Below are positions 53,866 through 64,000 of a stretch of 64,000 nt of DNA, in pieces. The first letter of the stretch is position 1. Every line of letters begins with the position of its first letter. The notes under the pieces were generated by a model. The model did not search any database. It saw only the letters and a list, made by a program, of their open reading frames with translations, and had not been told where the DNA came from. The translations under genes were made by a program, and so were the position numbers. Source of the DNA: an uncultured Planctomycetota bacterium (GTDB taxonomy: Bacteria; Planctomycetota; Planctomycetia; Gemmatales; Gemmataceae); contig CAWKHF010000005.1 of NCBI GenBank assembly GCA_963849325.1, positions 992,001 to 1,056,000 of the forward strand, given 5' to 3'.

Positions 53866-54868
53866 TCAACGGCAGCGACGGCACTTCTTGCACTTGCTGG
53901 TGCAGCAAGTCGTGCAGCAGGTCGTGCAGCAGGTCGTGCAGCAGGTCGTGCAGGTATTGCAGCAGCTGCTGCCACAGGGGCTACCGCAGGCATTGCCACA
54001 AGCATTGCCACAAGCATTGCCACAGGGGCTGCCGCAGGCATTGCCACAGGGATTGCAGGGATCGACCGGCTGGACGACGGTGCGCTGCACCATGCGGCAG
54101 CAGGTGACGGGCTGCTGGCAGGGCACGCAGCGAGCGACCATGCGCGTGCATTGGTAGGGCACGCACTTGGCGACCATGACCGTGCAGGTCTGCGTCACCT
54201 GGCAGGGCACGCAGCGATAGCAGCAGACCTGGCAGGTCACCTGCTTGGGCACCATCTTGCACACGGTCACTTGCGTGGTGCAGGGCACGCACTCGCAGCA
54301 GCGGACCATGCGGGTGCAGGGCGTCTCGACCCACACCTTGTTCGGCGCACCAGACGCGCGCCATCTTCATTGGCGGGCATTCGCAGCAGCAGCAATTGTT
54401 ATGCTTGCTGCGCATCTTGGCCAGGCAGCCCTGGCGAGCGGGGACGCAGCGGCACTCCCAGTGCCCCATGTCCACGCACTTGCGCGTCACGGTGGTGACG
54501 GGCTTGCAGACGGTGACCATCTTCATGACGGTACGAGTTTCGACGCAGGGCGTGGGCACGCACACGGTACGGACCACGTTCTGATACTGCGGCACCATGC
54601 GATTGATGGTGCAGACCCGCGTTTGGATCTGCGGCACGCACACCGTCCGATAGGCGGTGTAGGTCTCCGGCACGCATTGCATGCGGTAGACCGTGCGCGT
54701 GGTGGTGAATTGCTCCGGCACCCATTGGGTGACGCCGACGTTCGGCGTCGCCGCGGCGCCGGCGGGGTTGGCTACGGGGGCGAGAGGGGCCTCGGCTCGG
54801 GCGGTGACGGCCGCCGCGGCCAGGACGACGTTCGCCAGCAGAGCGAGACGGGCGCGCTGCCAAATCAT
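53866..54868 (-). CDS. Secreted Cys-rich YTV-like repeat protein (frameshift near 54350)
   Basis: Signal peptide; TVCKPV repeats; DMGHWE...RVW motif; tail (CGNA/CGSP)n (CCTT)n. Confidence 0.82.
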
Positions 54869-55235
54869 GCCTTCTTCTCCGTGGGATGCGGTACAGTCGA
54901 TCCGGCCCTCAGCCAGGCACAATCCGGGGGGCCCAATCGAGCCTTCGTGGAACTGTGGGAAATATGCCCAATAGCGGCGGTTTGGCCAAGTAAATCGGAT
55001 TGCGAATTCCGCAAAAAGAGCCGAAAGAATGTCAGCTGCGCCGACCTCAACGAGCAAGGGGAATGTGCCCGACGGAGAGAGTATCGGGGATGGCAAGGAG
55101 ATTCGGTTTCTGCGGAAGGATGGCGCTTGGCGGGACTCAGCGGCCGACCGAAAGCGCTCTTGGCCGCGCCGCAGTCGTTTGCTATCACTTCCGCCTCACG
55201 GGTTCGCGGAGAGATTGCGCCAGGATGCAGAAAAC

Positions 55236-55348
55236 CATTGAAAAATGAAAAATAAAAAATGAAAGGTAAAAAATACGAGAACAGTTGTCCTCGATACGTC
55301 GATTCTGTCAATTTTTATTTTTCACTTTTTACTTTTCATTTTTCAATG
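55236..55348. repeat. AT-rich heptamer-arm hairpin (AAAAATG)n ... (CATTTTT)n
   Basis: CATTGAAAAATGAAAA / TTTTCATTTTTCAATG termini with degenerate inner units. Confidence 0.85.
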
Positions 55349-55369
55349 CTGTTTTAAGGAGCGGCCAGC

Positions 55370-58148
55370 ATGAAACGACTCGGACGCGCCCGGACGAATG
55401 GACTCCTCGTGTTGACGGCGGCCCTGCTTGTGCTCGGCTTCGTCGTTCTCGTCCACGGCCAGCAGATGATCCAGTACGGTTTCGAGGCCCGCGATCCGGT
55501 ATGGGTCCAAGGGCCGCACGACGCGGCCTTCAAGGAGACGGTCCATCGTCTCACCGACGAATACGTCCACGACGGCCAACGCTCCGAGACGATCCAGTTG
55601 GAGGCGGAGCGCGGCAGTTTCATCCATTACACCTACAATCTCGGCCGAGCGCCGGTCACGGAGGATTTCAGCGTCAGTCTGTGGCTCCGCGCCAACCGTC
55701 CCGGCGTGCAGCTGTTGGCCCGCGTCGTCTTCCCCAAGGACACCGATCCGAACAACCCCGGCCAGCCGTTGACCGCCCTGCTGGAGGGCGACCGTTACCA
55801 GATCGTCAACCACTGGCAGCAGTTATCGCTGCCGTCGCCGGTCAAGCTGCTGCGGCAGCAGCAACAACTGCTCGGCGGCAACCTCAAACGCGAGATCATC
55901 GCCACCGATGCCTACATCGACCAACTCGTCCTCAACGTCTACGCCGGTCCCGGAGACACGCGGGTGTGGATCGACGATTTGGAAGTCGGGCCGGTCTTCG
56001 ACGCGGCGACGCCGACCGCGGGGCCGGCCGCCGGCCGCGAGACGACGCCAGGGCGTCCGGCCGTCAATCGCCGTCCCGACGAGATCCAGCTGCAAGGCCG
56101 GCAACTGCTGGTCGGCGGCGAGCGCTTCTTTTTGACGGGCATCCGCCACACCGGCACGCCGTTGGCCGTCCTGCGCCGGGCCGGCTTCAACACCGTCTGG
56201 CTCGACGAAAGTACGCCGTCGGGCCTGATTGAGGACGCCGCCAACCTCGGCTTCTGGATCGTGCCGACCCTGCATCCGCCCGAGATCGTCGAGCAGCCCG
56301 GCGGCGGCGTTCAGGGCCAGCTCACCTCCCGCGAGGCGTTCGTCCGCAACGTCTCGCGCTTCCTCCAGGAGCAGGCGGTCCTGTCCTGGGATCTGGGCGG
56401 CAACCTGCCCTTCGAGAAGGCCAAGAGCGTGGTCAGCCTGGCCCGCGCCATCCACAACATCGATCCGATGCGGCCGCTGTCCGCCGACGTGTCCGACGGC
56501 TTCCGCAGCTACTACATCGGCGGCGATCAGCAATTGATGATCGGCACGCATCGTTGGCCGTTGTTGACTAGTCTGGAGCTGCCGGCCTATCGCAACTGGC
56601 TGATCCAGCGCCGCCGGCTCATGCCGCCGGACACCTTCTGCTGGACCTGGATTCAAACGCACCTGCCCGACTGGTTCCTGACGACGGCCTACGAACGCAC
56701 CACCGGCCGCTTCACCGAGCCGATCGGTCCTCAACCGGAGCAGATCCGCTTACTCGCTTATACCGCTGTCGGCTCCGGCTATCGCGGCCTGGGCTACTGG
56801 TCCGATCGCTTCCTGGCCGACAGCCACGCCGGTCGCGATCGTCTGCTGGCCCTGGCTCGGCTCAACCAGGAATTCCGCATGCTCGAACCGCTGCTCGTCG
56901 CCGCCAAGGAACCGCAGTGGATCGAGACGTCGCACCCCTCGGTCATGGCCGCCGTCATGCGCACGGACAAGGCCGTGCTCGTGCTGCCGATCTGGATGGG
57001 GGCCGGCTCGCAGTACGTCCCATCGCAGGGCCACGTCTCCATGCTCAAGCTGAAAGTGCCGCTGGTGCCGGAGAATTACGTCGCCTGGGAGGTTTCGCCC
57101 GGACGCCTCTGCTCATACCGGACCATGCCGGTGCTCGGCGGCCGCGAGATCATCTTGAAAGATTTCAGTCTGACGTCGGCCATCGTCTTCACCGGCGATC
57201 TCGGGCCGACCGGCCTGGTGGTCCGCTTGCAGGAACAACAGCGGCAGATGCGCAAGGACGCCGCCCAGTGGACCCACGACCAGGCCCAGGAAGAACTCGT
57301 CAAGGTGGCCAAGGTCCACGATGATTTGAAAGAGATGGGCAAGAAGCTGGACGACGGCGATGGGCTGCTCGACACGGCGCGGCAATGGCTGGACAAGAGC
57401 CGCAAGCACCGCATCAACGGCGAATACAGCGAAGCCTACACCGACGCCGAGCTGGCCCTCCGCGCCCTACGCATCCTCATGCGCGAGCACTGGGACAATG
57501 TTATGAAGAGGCTGACGACGCCGGTGGCCTGTCCCTTCGCGGTCAGCTTCTATACCCTGCCGCGCTGCTGGTCGTTCGTGGACGAGCTGATCAAGATGAA
57601 GCCGGGTGCGAACGTGCTGCCGGACGGCGATTTCGAGTCGCCGCCCGAGCGCAGTCCCGCCGGGCTGGCTGGTGCAGGAAGTGCCGTCGCTGGATGAGGT
57701 GGAGTGCCAGGCCAAGCGCGTGGCGACCGAGGCCCACGAGGGCAAGCAGTGTCTTCTGCTCAAGATCGAAGCGAAAAATAAGGTCGCGCCGCCGCAAGTG
57801 CTGGAGCGCACCTTCCTCGCCATCCACAGTCCAACCGTGCGTCTCCAGCCTGGGACGAAGGTGCGCATCAGCGTCTCGGCGCGCGTCCCCGCCGCGATCA
57901 CCGGCTCACCCGATGGCGCCCTGCTTTACGACAGCGCCGGCGGCGAACCGCTCGCCGTCCGCCTGAACTTGGCCAGCCCGTGGAAGCAGTTCATCCTCTA
58001 TCGACAGGTGCCCTCCTCCGGCACCATCAACGTCACCCTGGCGCTGACCGGCCTGGGCAGCGTCTACTTCGACGACGTTCGCATCGAGCCGATGGGTCCG
58101 AAAGAATCGTCCGACATCCTCACCACGTCGGTGTCGGCACCGCGCTAA
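55370..58148 (+). CDS. Large exported protein with CBM-like domains and a glycoside-hydrolase-like core (frameshift near 57655)
   Basis: N-terminal signal/TM; VWIDDLEV and VYFDDVRI jelly-roll ends; LRRAGFNTVW; NVLPDGDFE. Confidence 0.7.
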
Positions 58149-58157
58149 CAGCTAACA

Positions 58158-58226
58158 GAGCCTGAAGCGTAAGCGAAGAGAACGACAACCGAAGGTTGCC
58201 GTTCTCTTCGCTTACGCTTCAGGCTC
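58158..58226. repeat. REP-like palindrome family B
   Basis: Same arms as 12661-12733. Confidence 0.9.
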
Positions 58227-58295
58227 GGACAAACCATGTGCGATTCCGCCGGCGTGCGATAGCATAAACCGTGTTCACCCCCGAGGACGGCACCG

Positions 58296-59286
58296 ATGCG
58301 ACAGCTCGTCACTTTCCCCAGCGCCGACACGGCCCAGAGCCTGGCCGATTATCTGCTGACGCTGCATATCGACACCAAGTTGGAGCGGCAGCCGGAGGGC
58401 TGGGCCGTCTGGGTCCGCGACGAGGACCAAATGGCACAGGCACGTCAGGAACTGGACGAGTTCACCCGCAATCCGCACGACGCGCGTTATCTCGCCGCCG
58501 CGACCGAGGCGGACGCTCTGCGCCGCCAACAGGCCAGCGCCGAGCAAGCCTATCATCGCCGCCAGCGGCGCTTTGACGCCAAGATGCGCGACGCCGACGC
58601 CGCCGGTCGATGGACCATCGCGCTGATTGTCGTCAGTGTACTCGTCTCGCTCTTGTCCGAAGGCGGCAGTTCCAATACTGGAATCGTGAAAGAGCTGTCG
58701 ATCGCGCCCTACCGCTATGTTGCCGTCCTGTCGCCGGCTGATTCGGAAGACGAGGAAGAGAGGTTCGTGCCGCGGCTCCAGTCGGAGGGGCTGGGACCGG
58801 TCCTGCACGGTCAGGTTTGGCGACTGGTGACGCCCATCTTTATACACTTCGGCATCTTGCACCTGTTGTTCAATATGTACATGCTCTACGATCTCGGCGG
58901 CGCCATCGAACGGCGGCGCGGCCCGATCCGCTATCTGTCTCTCGTCCTCGTCCTCGCCGTCGTCTCGAACCTGGTCCAGTATTTCCTGGGCCATCCCAGT
59001 TGGGACGGCTCCGAGCTGCGGTGGACTCTTGTGCCCAATTTCGGCGGCATGTCCGGCGTGCTCTACGGCCTGTTCGGCTACCTGTGGATGAAGGCGCAGC
59101 TTTCAACCCGAACTCGGTCTGCGCATCCATCCCAACACGGTGATTTATCTAATCGTCTGGTTCTTCCTGTGCATGACGGGCTGGGTCGGTCCCATCGCCA
59201 ACGGCGCCCACGCCGGCGGTCTGATCGCCGGCATCGTCCTCGGTTACGCGCCGATCCTGTGGAGTTCCTTCGGTCCCTCCGATTGA
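58296..59286 (+). CDS. glpG: Rhomboid intramembrane serine protease, GlpG-like (frameshift near 59100)
   Basis: GQVWRLVTPIFIH, HLLFNM, GGMSGVLYGL, IANGAHAGG. Confidence 0.9.
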
Positions 59287-60446
59287 GTCACCGTGCCGAA
59301 AGCCGGCAGGGCCATCGTCGCCAGGAGCGGCACGAGCGGCATGTAGTTGCGTGACTCGTACAGCCAGCCGAAACAGACGTTGCTCAGCAGCAACAACGGC
59401 GTTACGGTCCAGCACAGGCGCGCAGACGTGGATCGATGCACGGCCAGCGCCGCGCCAGCGCCGGCACGAAGAGACCGACGAACAGCAGCGGATGCAAATA
59501 ATTCTCCCACAGGGGGACGGTCGTCCAGGCGATCGCCGTGCCGAAACCGAGGTTCGTCCCGATCATCAAGCCGGCGGTGCCGTTGATGTTGCCGTAGCCC
59601 GGCCGCCAGCCCAACGGCAGTCGCGCCGCCAGGAACGCCGCCACGCACGCAGCGCCGAGTCCCGCCGCGATCCGCCAGGCCGGCCGGCCGCGCCGCCAAT
59701 AACAGGCGAGATACGCCGGCACCACGATGACGGCGGTCTCCTTGGCGAGCACGCCCAGCGCCAGCGCCGCGGCCAGGGCGAACGGTCGGTCCTCCAGCAG
59801 GTAGACGAAGGCGAGGACGAACAGGGTGTGACTGAGCGGATCGGTGAGCTGGCCCCAGTGATGCGCGACCGATAGCGGATAGAGGACGGCCAGCGGGACC
59901 AGCGTCAGCCGAGCGCAGGTTGGAATCCAGGAACAGTCGGGCCAGGCGATACGATGCCCATACGAACCAGAACGTGAAGAACCAGCGATAGGCGAGGCAG
60001 GCGAACGTCCACTCGTGCGTGAGCCGTTCGACGAGCCGGGCAAAGCCGTAGGGCAACGGTCGATAATTGTGCGGCGCCGTGAAGTCATGATTGAACACTC
60101 CGACGTAGAGTTCGCGCTGCCACTGCCCCGGCTCCGGCCAGCGATCGACCTCGAACCAGTGAAGCAGCGTCATCAGCCCCGCGAGACCGGCGAACAGCAC
60201 GATGTTTTCCACCGCGCGCGGTTCGTCCCGCCGATCGAGCCGAGCGCGGACCACCAGGGTCATCCCCATGAGGAGCAGCACGATGACCACGCCGAGTCGG
60301 GTGGCGGTTGCCGGCGAGTACGGTTCGAGGAAATGGACCGGCCGCGGCTCCAGGAGCAGCGGCCCGAGGGTGAGGACAGCCAGGAGGCCCAAGCCGGCGG
60401 CGGTAACAAAGGATGGACGCATGCGATGGAGGGACAACAAAGACAT
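59244..60446 (-). CDS. Polytopic membrane protein, GT-C-like (frameshifted)
   Basis: APHNYRPL, LTDP, AKET, ESRNY; many TM segments. Confidence 0.65.
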   Translation of the reverse strand: MSLLSLHRMRPSFVTAAGLGLLAVLTLGPLLLEPRPVHFLEPYSPATATRLGVVIVLLLMGMTLVVRARLDRRDEPRAVENIVLFAGLAGLMTLLHWFEVDRWPEPGQWQRELYVGVFNHDFTAPHNYRPLPYGFARLVERLTHEWTFACLAYRWFFTFWFVWASYRLARLFLDSNLRSADAGPAGRPLSAIGRASLGPAHRSAQSHPVRPRLRLPAGGPTVRPGRGAGAGRARQGDRRHRGAGVSRLLLAARPAGLADRGGTRRCVRGGVPGGATAVGLAAGLRQHQRHRRLDDRDEPRFRHGDRLDDRPPVGELFASAAVRRSLRAGAGAALAVHRSTSARLCWTVTPLLLLSNVCFGWLYESRNYMPLVPLLATMALPAFGTVTQSEGPKELHRIGA

Positions 60447-60455
60447 AGCTTCCTA

Positions 60456-60509
60456 TCCGAGCCTGAAGCGTAAGCGAAGGAAGCTCTTCGCTTACGCTTC
60501 AGGCTCGGA
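60456..60509. repeat. REP-like palindrome family B (short loop)
   Basis: Same arms as 12661-12733. Confidence 0.9.
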
Positions 60510-60517
60510 AAGAGGGT

Positions 60518-61459
60518 TCAGCGAGCCAACTGCGACGGCGGAACGTGGGCGTGGTCGGACAGACCCTGGTGGATTTTATTGTCGTTGACCTCCAGCGTGA
60601 AGTAGTCGGCCGCCGCCGGCGCCTCGAATTCCAGAAACGCCGACAGTCCCGTATCCGAGTAGTCCTTGATGACCTGCCCCTGCGGATCGAGGATGCGGCC
60701 GTGGTCGGCGATGCGAGCGTTCTTGTCCACGACTTCCGCGAAAATCTCCTGAAGTATCCGCATCTCGGCGGCGAGCTTGTGGTCCCACAGGTCGATCGAC
60801 GTGCCCGTATCGAGATCGTCCAACTCCTCCATCTGCTCCTCATTGACGTTCGGTCCGACGCCGATGAGGACGAACTTCAGAGGGTTGCGCCGCCGCGCCG
60901 CCACGTCCTTGGCCAGCTGAATGCTGTAGCGCTTCACCTCGTCGAGGTCGTGCAACTCGCCGTCGGTGACAAAGACGTAAAAGCCCCAGGGCGCATCGCG
61001 GAAGCGCTCGACGAAGTATTTCACCGCCGGCAAGAGTTGCGTGCCGGTGCCGAAGTTTCGCGGCGGACCGAAGACGTGTCGCTCCGCCTCGTCGGCCGTC
61101 AGGTCGCCGATCTCCTCGATCTGGCTGCCGCCGGGACCGACCGCCCAATAGATGCAGGTGGTGCCGCCGTCGGCATCGATCTTGCGCGCCAGGTAGGTGC
61201 AAATCTTCCGCGCCACCGGCGTCACTTCGTTGTGGGCCTGCTTTTTGCTGCCGAACAGAGAGGCGAGAAAACCCCCGCCGCCGTCCTCGACGCCGTAGAG
61301 TTTGCTCATGGAGCCGGAGCCGTCCAGGGCGATGCCGGTTTGCGCTCCCTCCTTGTGCGGCTCCATCAGGATGGTGGCCACCACGCGCACCTTCCCTGCC
61401 GACGCCGGGTAGACGTTCACCTCGCCGAACGGTTCCACGACTTTCTTGAGCTGCGCCAT
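60518..61459 (-). CDS. vWA-domain protein, tandem copy 2
   Basis: MIDAS DGSGS, GT, VTDGE, KFVLIGVG. Confidence 0.88.
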   Translation of the reverse strand: MAQLKKVVEPFGEVNVYPASAGKVRVVATILMEPHKEGAQTGIALDGSGSMSKLYGVEDGGGGFLASLFGSKKQAHNEVTPVARKICTYLARKIDADGGTTCIYWAVGPGGSQIEEIGDLTADEAERHVFGPPRNFGTGTQLLPAVKYFVERFRDAPWGFYVFVTDGELHDLDEVKRYSIQLAKDVAARRRNPLKFVLIGVGPNVNEEQMEELDDLDTGTSIDLWDHKLAAEMRILQEIFAEVVDKNARIADHGRILDPQGQVIKDYSDTGLSAFLEFEAPAAADYFTLEVNDNKIHQGLSDHAHVPPSQLAR

Positions 61460-61514
61460 GAAAGGCTCCCCGTGAGGCGGCTCACGCTCGCGCTAAGCCG
61501 CAAGCGGCCGCCGA

Positions 61515-62600
61515 TTACTCGTTTTTCGGCTTCTCCAGATCGATGTCCGGCTGGTCCTCTTTTTTGGCCAACTCGAAGTGGATCGAGCGCCATTCGGCAT
61601 TGGCATCGTCCTCTTCCTTCGCCTCGGCCACCGGCTGCGCTTCGAGGACGGGCGGCTCCGGGACAGGGACCGACCCGGAGACCGGCACCCGAGCGCGATC
61701 GGACAGCGCCTGATGAACCTGCGTGCCGTTGACGTCGAGAGTGAAGTATTCGGCCCCCGCGGGCATGTCGAACTCCAGGTACGCTGGCAGCCCGGTATCG
61801 CGGTAGTCTCGCACCACGCGGCCTTGGGCATCGAGGATGCGCCCGTTATCCGCGACGCGGGCGTTCTTGTCAACGACCTCGGCGAAGATTTCCTGCACCA
61901 GACGCATCTCGGCGGCGAGCTTGTGGTCCCACAGGTCGATGGACGTATCGCTATCGAGATCGTCCAATTCCTCCATCTGCGTCTCGTTGACGCTCGGCCC
62001 GACGCCGATGAGGACGAACTTCAGCGGGTTGCGCCGCCGGGCCGCGATCTCCTTCGCCAGGCGGACGCTGTACGCCTTGACCTCGTCGAGGTCGTGCAGC
62101 TCGCCGTCGGTGATGAAAACGTAGAAGCCCCAGGGCGCGTCGCGGAAGCGCTCGACGAAATAGCGGACGGCCGGCAGCAGGCGCGTGCCGGTGCCGAAGT
62201 CGCGCGGCGGGCCGAAGACGTGTCGCTCCGCCTCGTCGGCCGTCAGGTCGCCGACTTCCTCGATTTCGCCGCCATTGGGTCCGACCGCCCAGTAAATGCA
62301 GGTGGTGCCGCCGTCGGCGTCGATCTTCCGCGCCAGGTAGGAGCACAACTGCTGGGCGATGGGAGTAATCTCGTTGTGCAGTTTCTTGGGTCCGCCGAAG
62401 ATCGGCGACAGGACGCGGCTGCCGTCCTCGACGCCGTAGAGTTTGCTCATGGAGCCGGAGCCGTCCAGGGCGATGCCGGTTTGCGCTCCCTCCTTGTGCG
62501 GCTCCATCAGGATGGTGGCCACCACGCGCACCTTCCCTGCCGACGCCGGATAGACGTTCACCTCGCCGAACGGATCGACTACGTGCTTGAGCTGTGTCAT
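61515..62600 (-). CDS. vWA-domain protein, tandem copy 1, with acidic C-terminal extension
   Basis: MIDAS DGSGS, ITDGE; paralog of 60518-61459. Confidence 0.88.
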   Translation of the reverse strand: MTQLKHVVDPFGEVNVYPASAGKVRVVATILMEPHKEGAQTGIALDGSGSMSKLYGVEDGSRVLSPIFGGPKKLHNEITPIAQQLCSYLARKIDADGGTTCIYWAVGPNGGEIEEVGDLTADEAERHVFGPPRDFGTGTRLLPAVRYFVERFRDAPWGFYVFITDGELHDLDEVKAYSVRLAKEIAARRRNPLKFVLIGVGPSVNETQMEELDDLDSDTSIDLWDHKLAAEMRLVQEIFAEVVDKNARVADNGRILDAQGRVVRDYRDTGLPAYLEFDMPAGAEYFTLDVNGTQVHQALSDRARVPVSGSVPVPEPPVLEAQPVAEAKEEDDANAEWRSIHFELAKKEDQPDIDLEKPKNE

Positions 62601-62676
62601 GGGAACCTCGCAAGAGAAGGAGCCTCTGGGGGGTTGTTCGCCGACCGCTGGGGGATATTTTACCAAACTTCTGCGC

Positions 62677-62725
62677 GCCTGAAGCGTTAGCGAAGGACAA
62701 CCTTCGCTAACGCTTCAGGCTCGGA
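62677..62725. repeat. REP-like palindrome family B (mirrored variant)
   Basis: GCCTGAAGCGTTAGCGAAGG-ACAA-CCTTCGCTAACGCTTCAGGC. Confidence 0.9.
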
Positions 62726-62738
62726 CAAACACCTACCG

Positions 62739-62767
62739 TTGACCGCGCCGAATACAGTGCGTAAAGT
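62739..62767 (+). promoter_or_regulatory. Possible sigma-70 promoter for hisF
   Basis: TTGACC-N17-TAAAGT. Confidence 0.4.
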
Positions 62768-62856
62768 GAAGGGGTAGCTTCGATCATTTGAGGGCCTACC
62801 TCCTCACCTGCCGTCGCCTCCCCGCCCTGGAAGCGCCGCGGCGGTTGAGGCCCAGG

Positions 62857-63658
<802 letters not shown>

Positions 63659-63687
<29 letters not shown>

Positions 63688-63725
63688 AAGGCACTCAGAA
63701 CTCAGAACTCCAGAACTCAGAACTT
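63659..63725. repeat. Heptamer-arm hairpin (GTTCTGA)n ... (TCAGAAC)n
   Basis: 63659-63683 versus 63701-63725, one mismatch. Confidence 0.9.
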
Positions 63726-63735
63726 GGAGGTCTCG

Positions 63736-64000
63736 ATGGCCACTGCCGACGTGAAAGCCACTACTCCCGCCGCGGCGCCCACGACCGCCGCTACGCCGCG
63801 CCGCGAGCCGGAGGTCAACAAGCTCTTCCGCATGGTCATGAAGCACGAGGCCTCCGACCTGCACCTCAAGGTCGGCCAGCCGCCCATGATGCGACTGCGC
63901 GGCGACATCCGCCAAGGTCAATGCGCCGCCGCTGACCCAGGAAGACATGGAACGGCTGCTGCTGACCCGTCCTCAAGCCCAAGCACCGCAAGATCCTCGA
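63736..64000 (+). CDS. pilT: PilT/PilU-family type IV pilus ATPase, 3'-partial
   Basis: [27 protein letters not shown]. Confidence 0.85.
   Translation, partial: MATADVKATTPAAAPTTAATPRREPEVNKLFRMVMKHEASDLHLKVGQPPMMRLRGDIRQGQCAAADPGRHGTAAADPSSSPSTARSS

Noticed and set aside
59244-59286. 43-nt convergent overlap of glpG and the membrane protein gene
   Set aside because: Short tail-to-tail overlaps are common, and the gene ends are uncertain given the indel errors.

Overview
GC-rich bacterial chromosomal DNA, very probably from Planctomycetota (Gemmataceae-like). Supporting markers are DUF1559 prepilin-like genes, a TIGR03000 domain, YTV-like Cys-rich proteins, an LEPRxLL-type export motif and a HYExAFE protein. 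Many genes, including hisF, dksA and gmhB, carry 1-nt frameshifts, best explained as uncorrected long-read errors. Core content: hisS, a CzcA/CzcB RND pair, glycosyltransferases, rny-ymdB-RNase Z-like genes with a candidate 6S RNA upstream, dksA-lspA-Hsp70, a GDP-heptose/NDP-sugar cluster ending in a STELLO/RGP (GT75)-like gene, a truncated IS110, DUF1559 genes, an HD-GYP regulator, a rhomboid, tandem vWA genes, hisF and partial pilT. The most striking unexplained structure is more than 20 palindromic elements in 64 kb. They include hairpins whose arms are tandem 7-mers of several unrelated sequences, 9-mer-arm MITE-like elements and several REP-like families. They show mirrored variants in both arms, nest inside one another, supply stop codons, and twice sit inside coding sequences (a perfect 93-nt in-frame palindrome in a GT4 gene and a hairpin in hisF).
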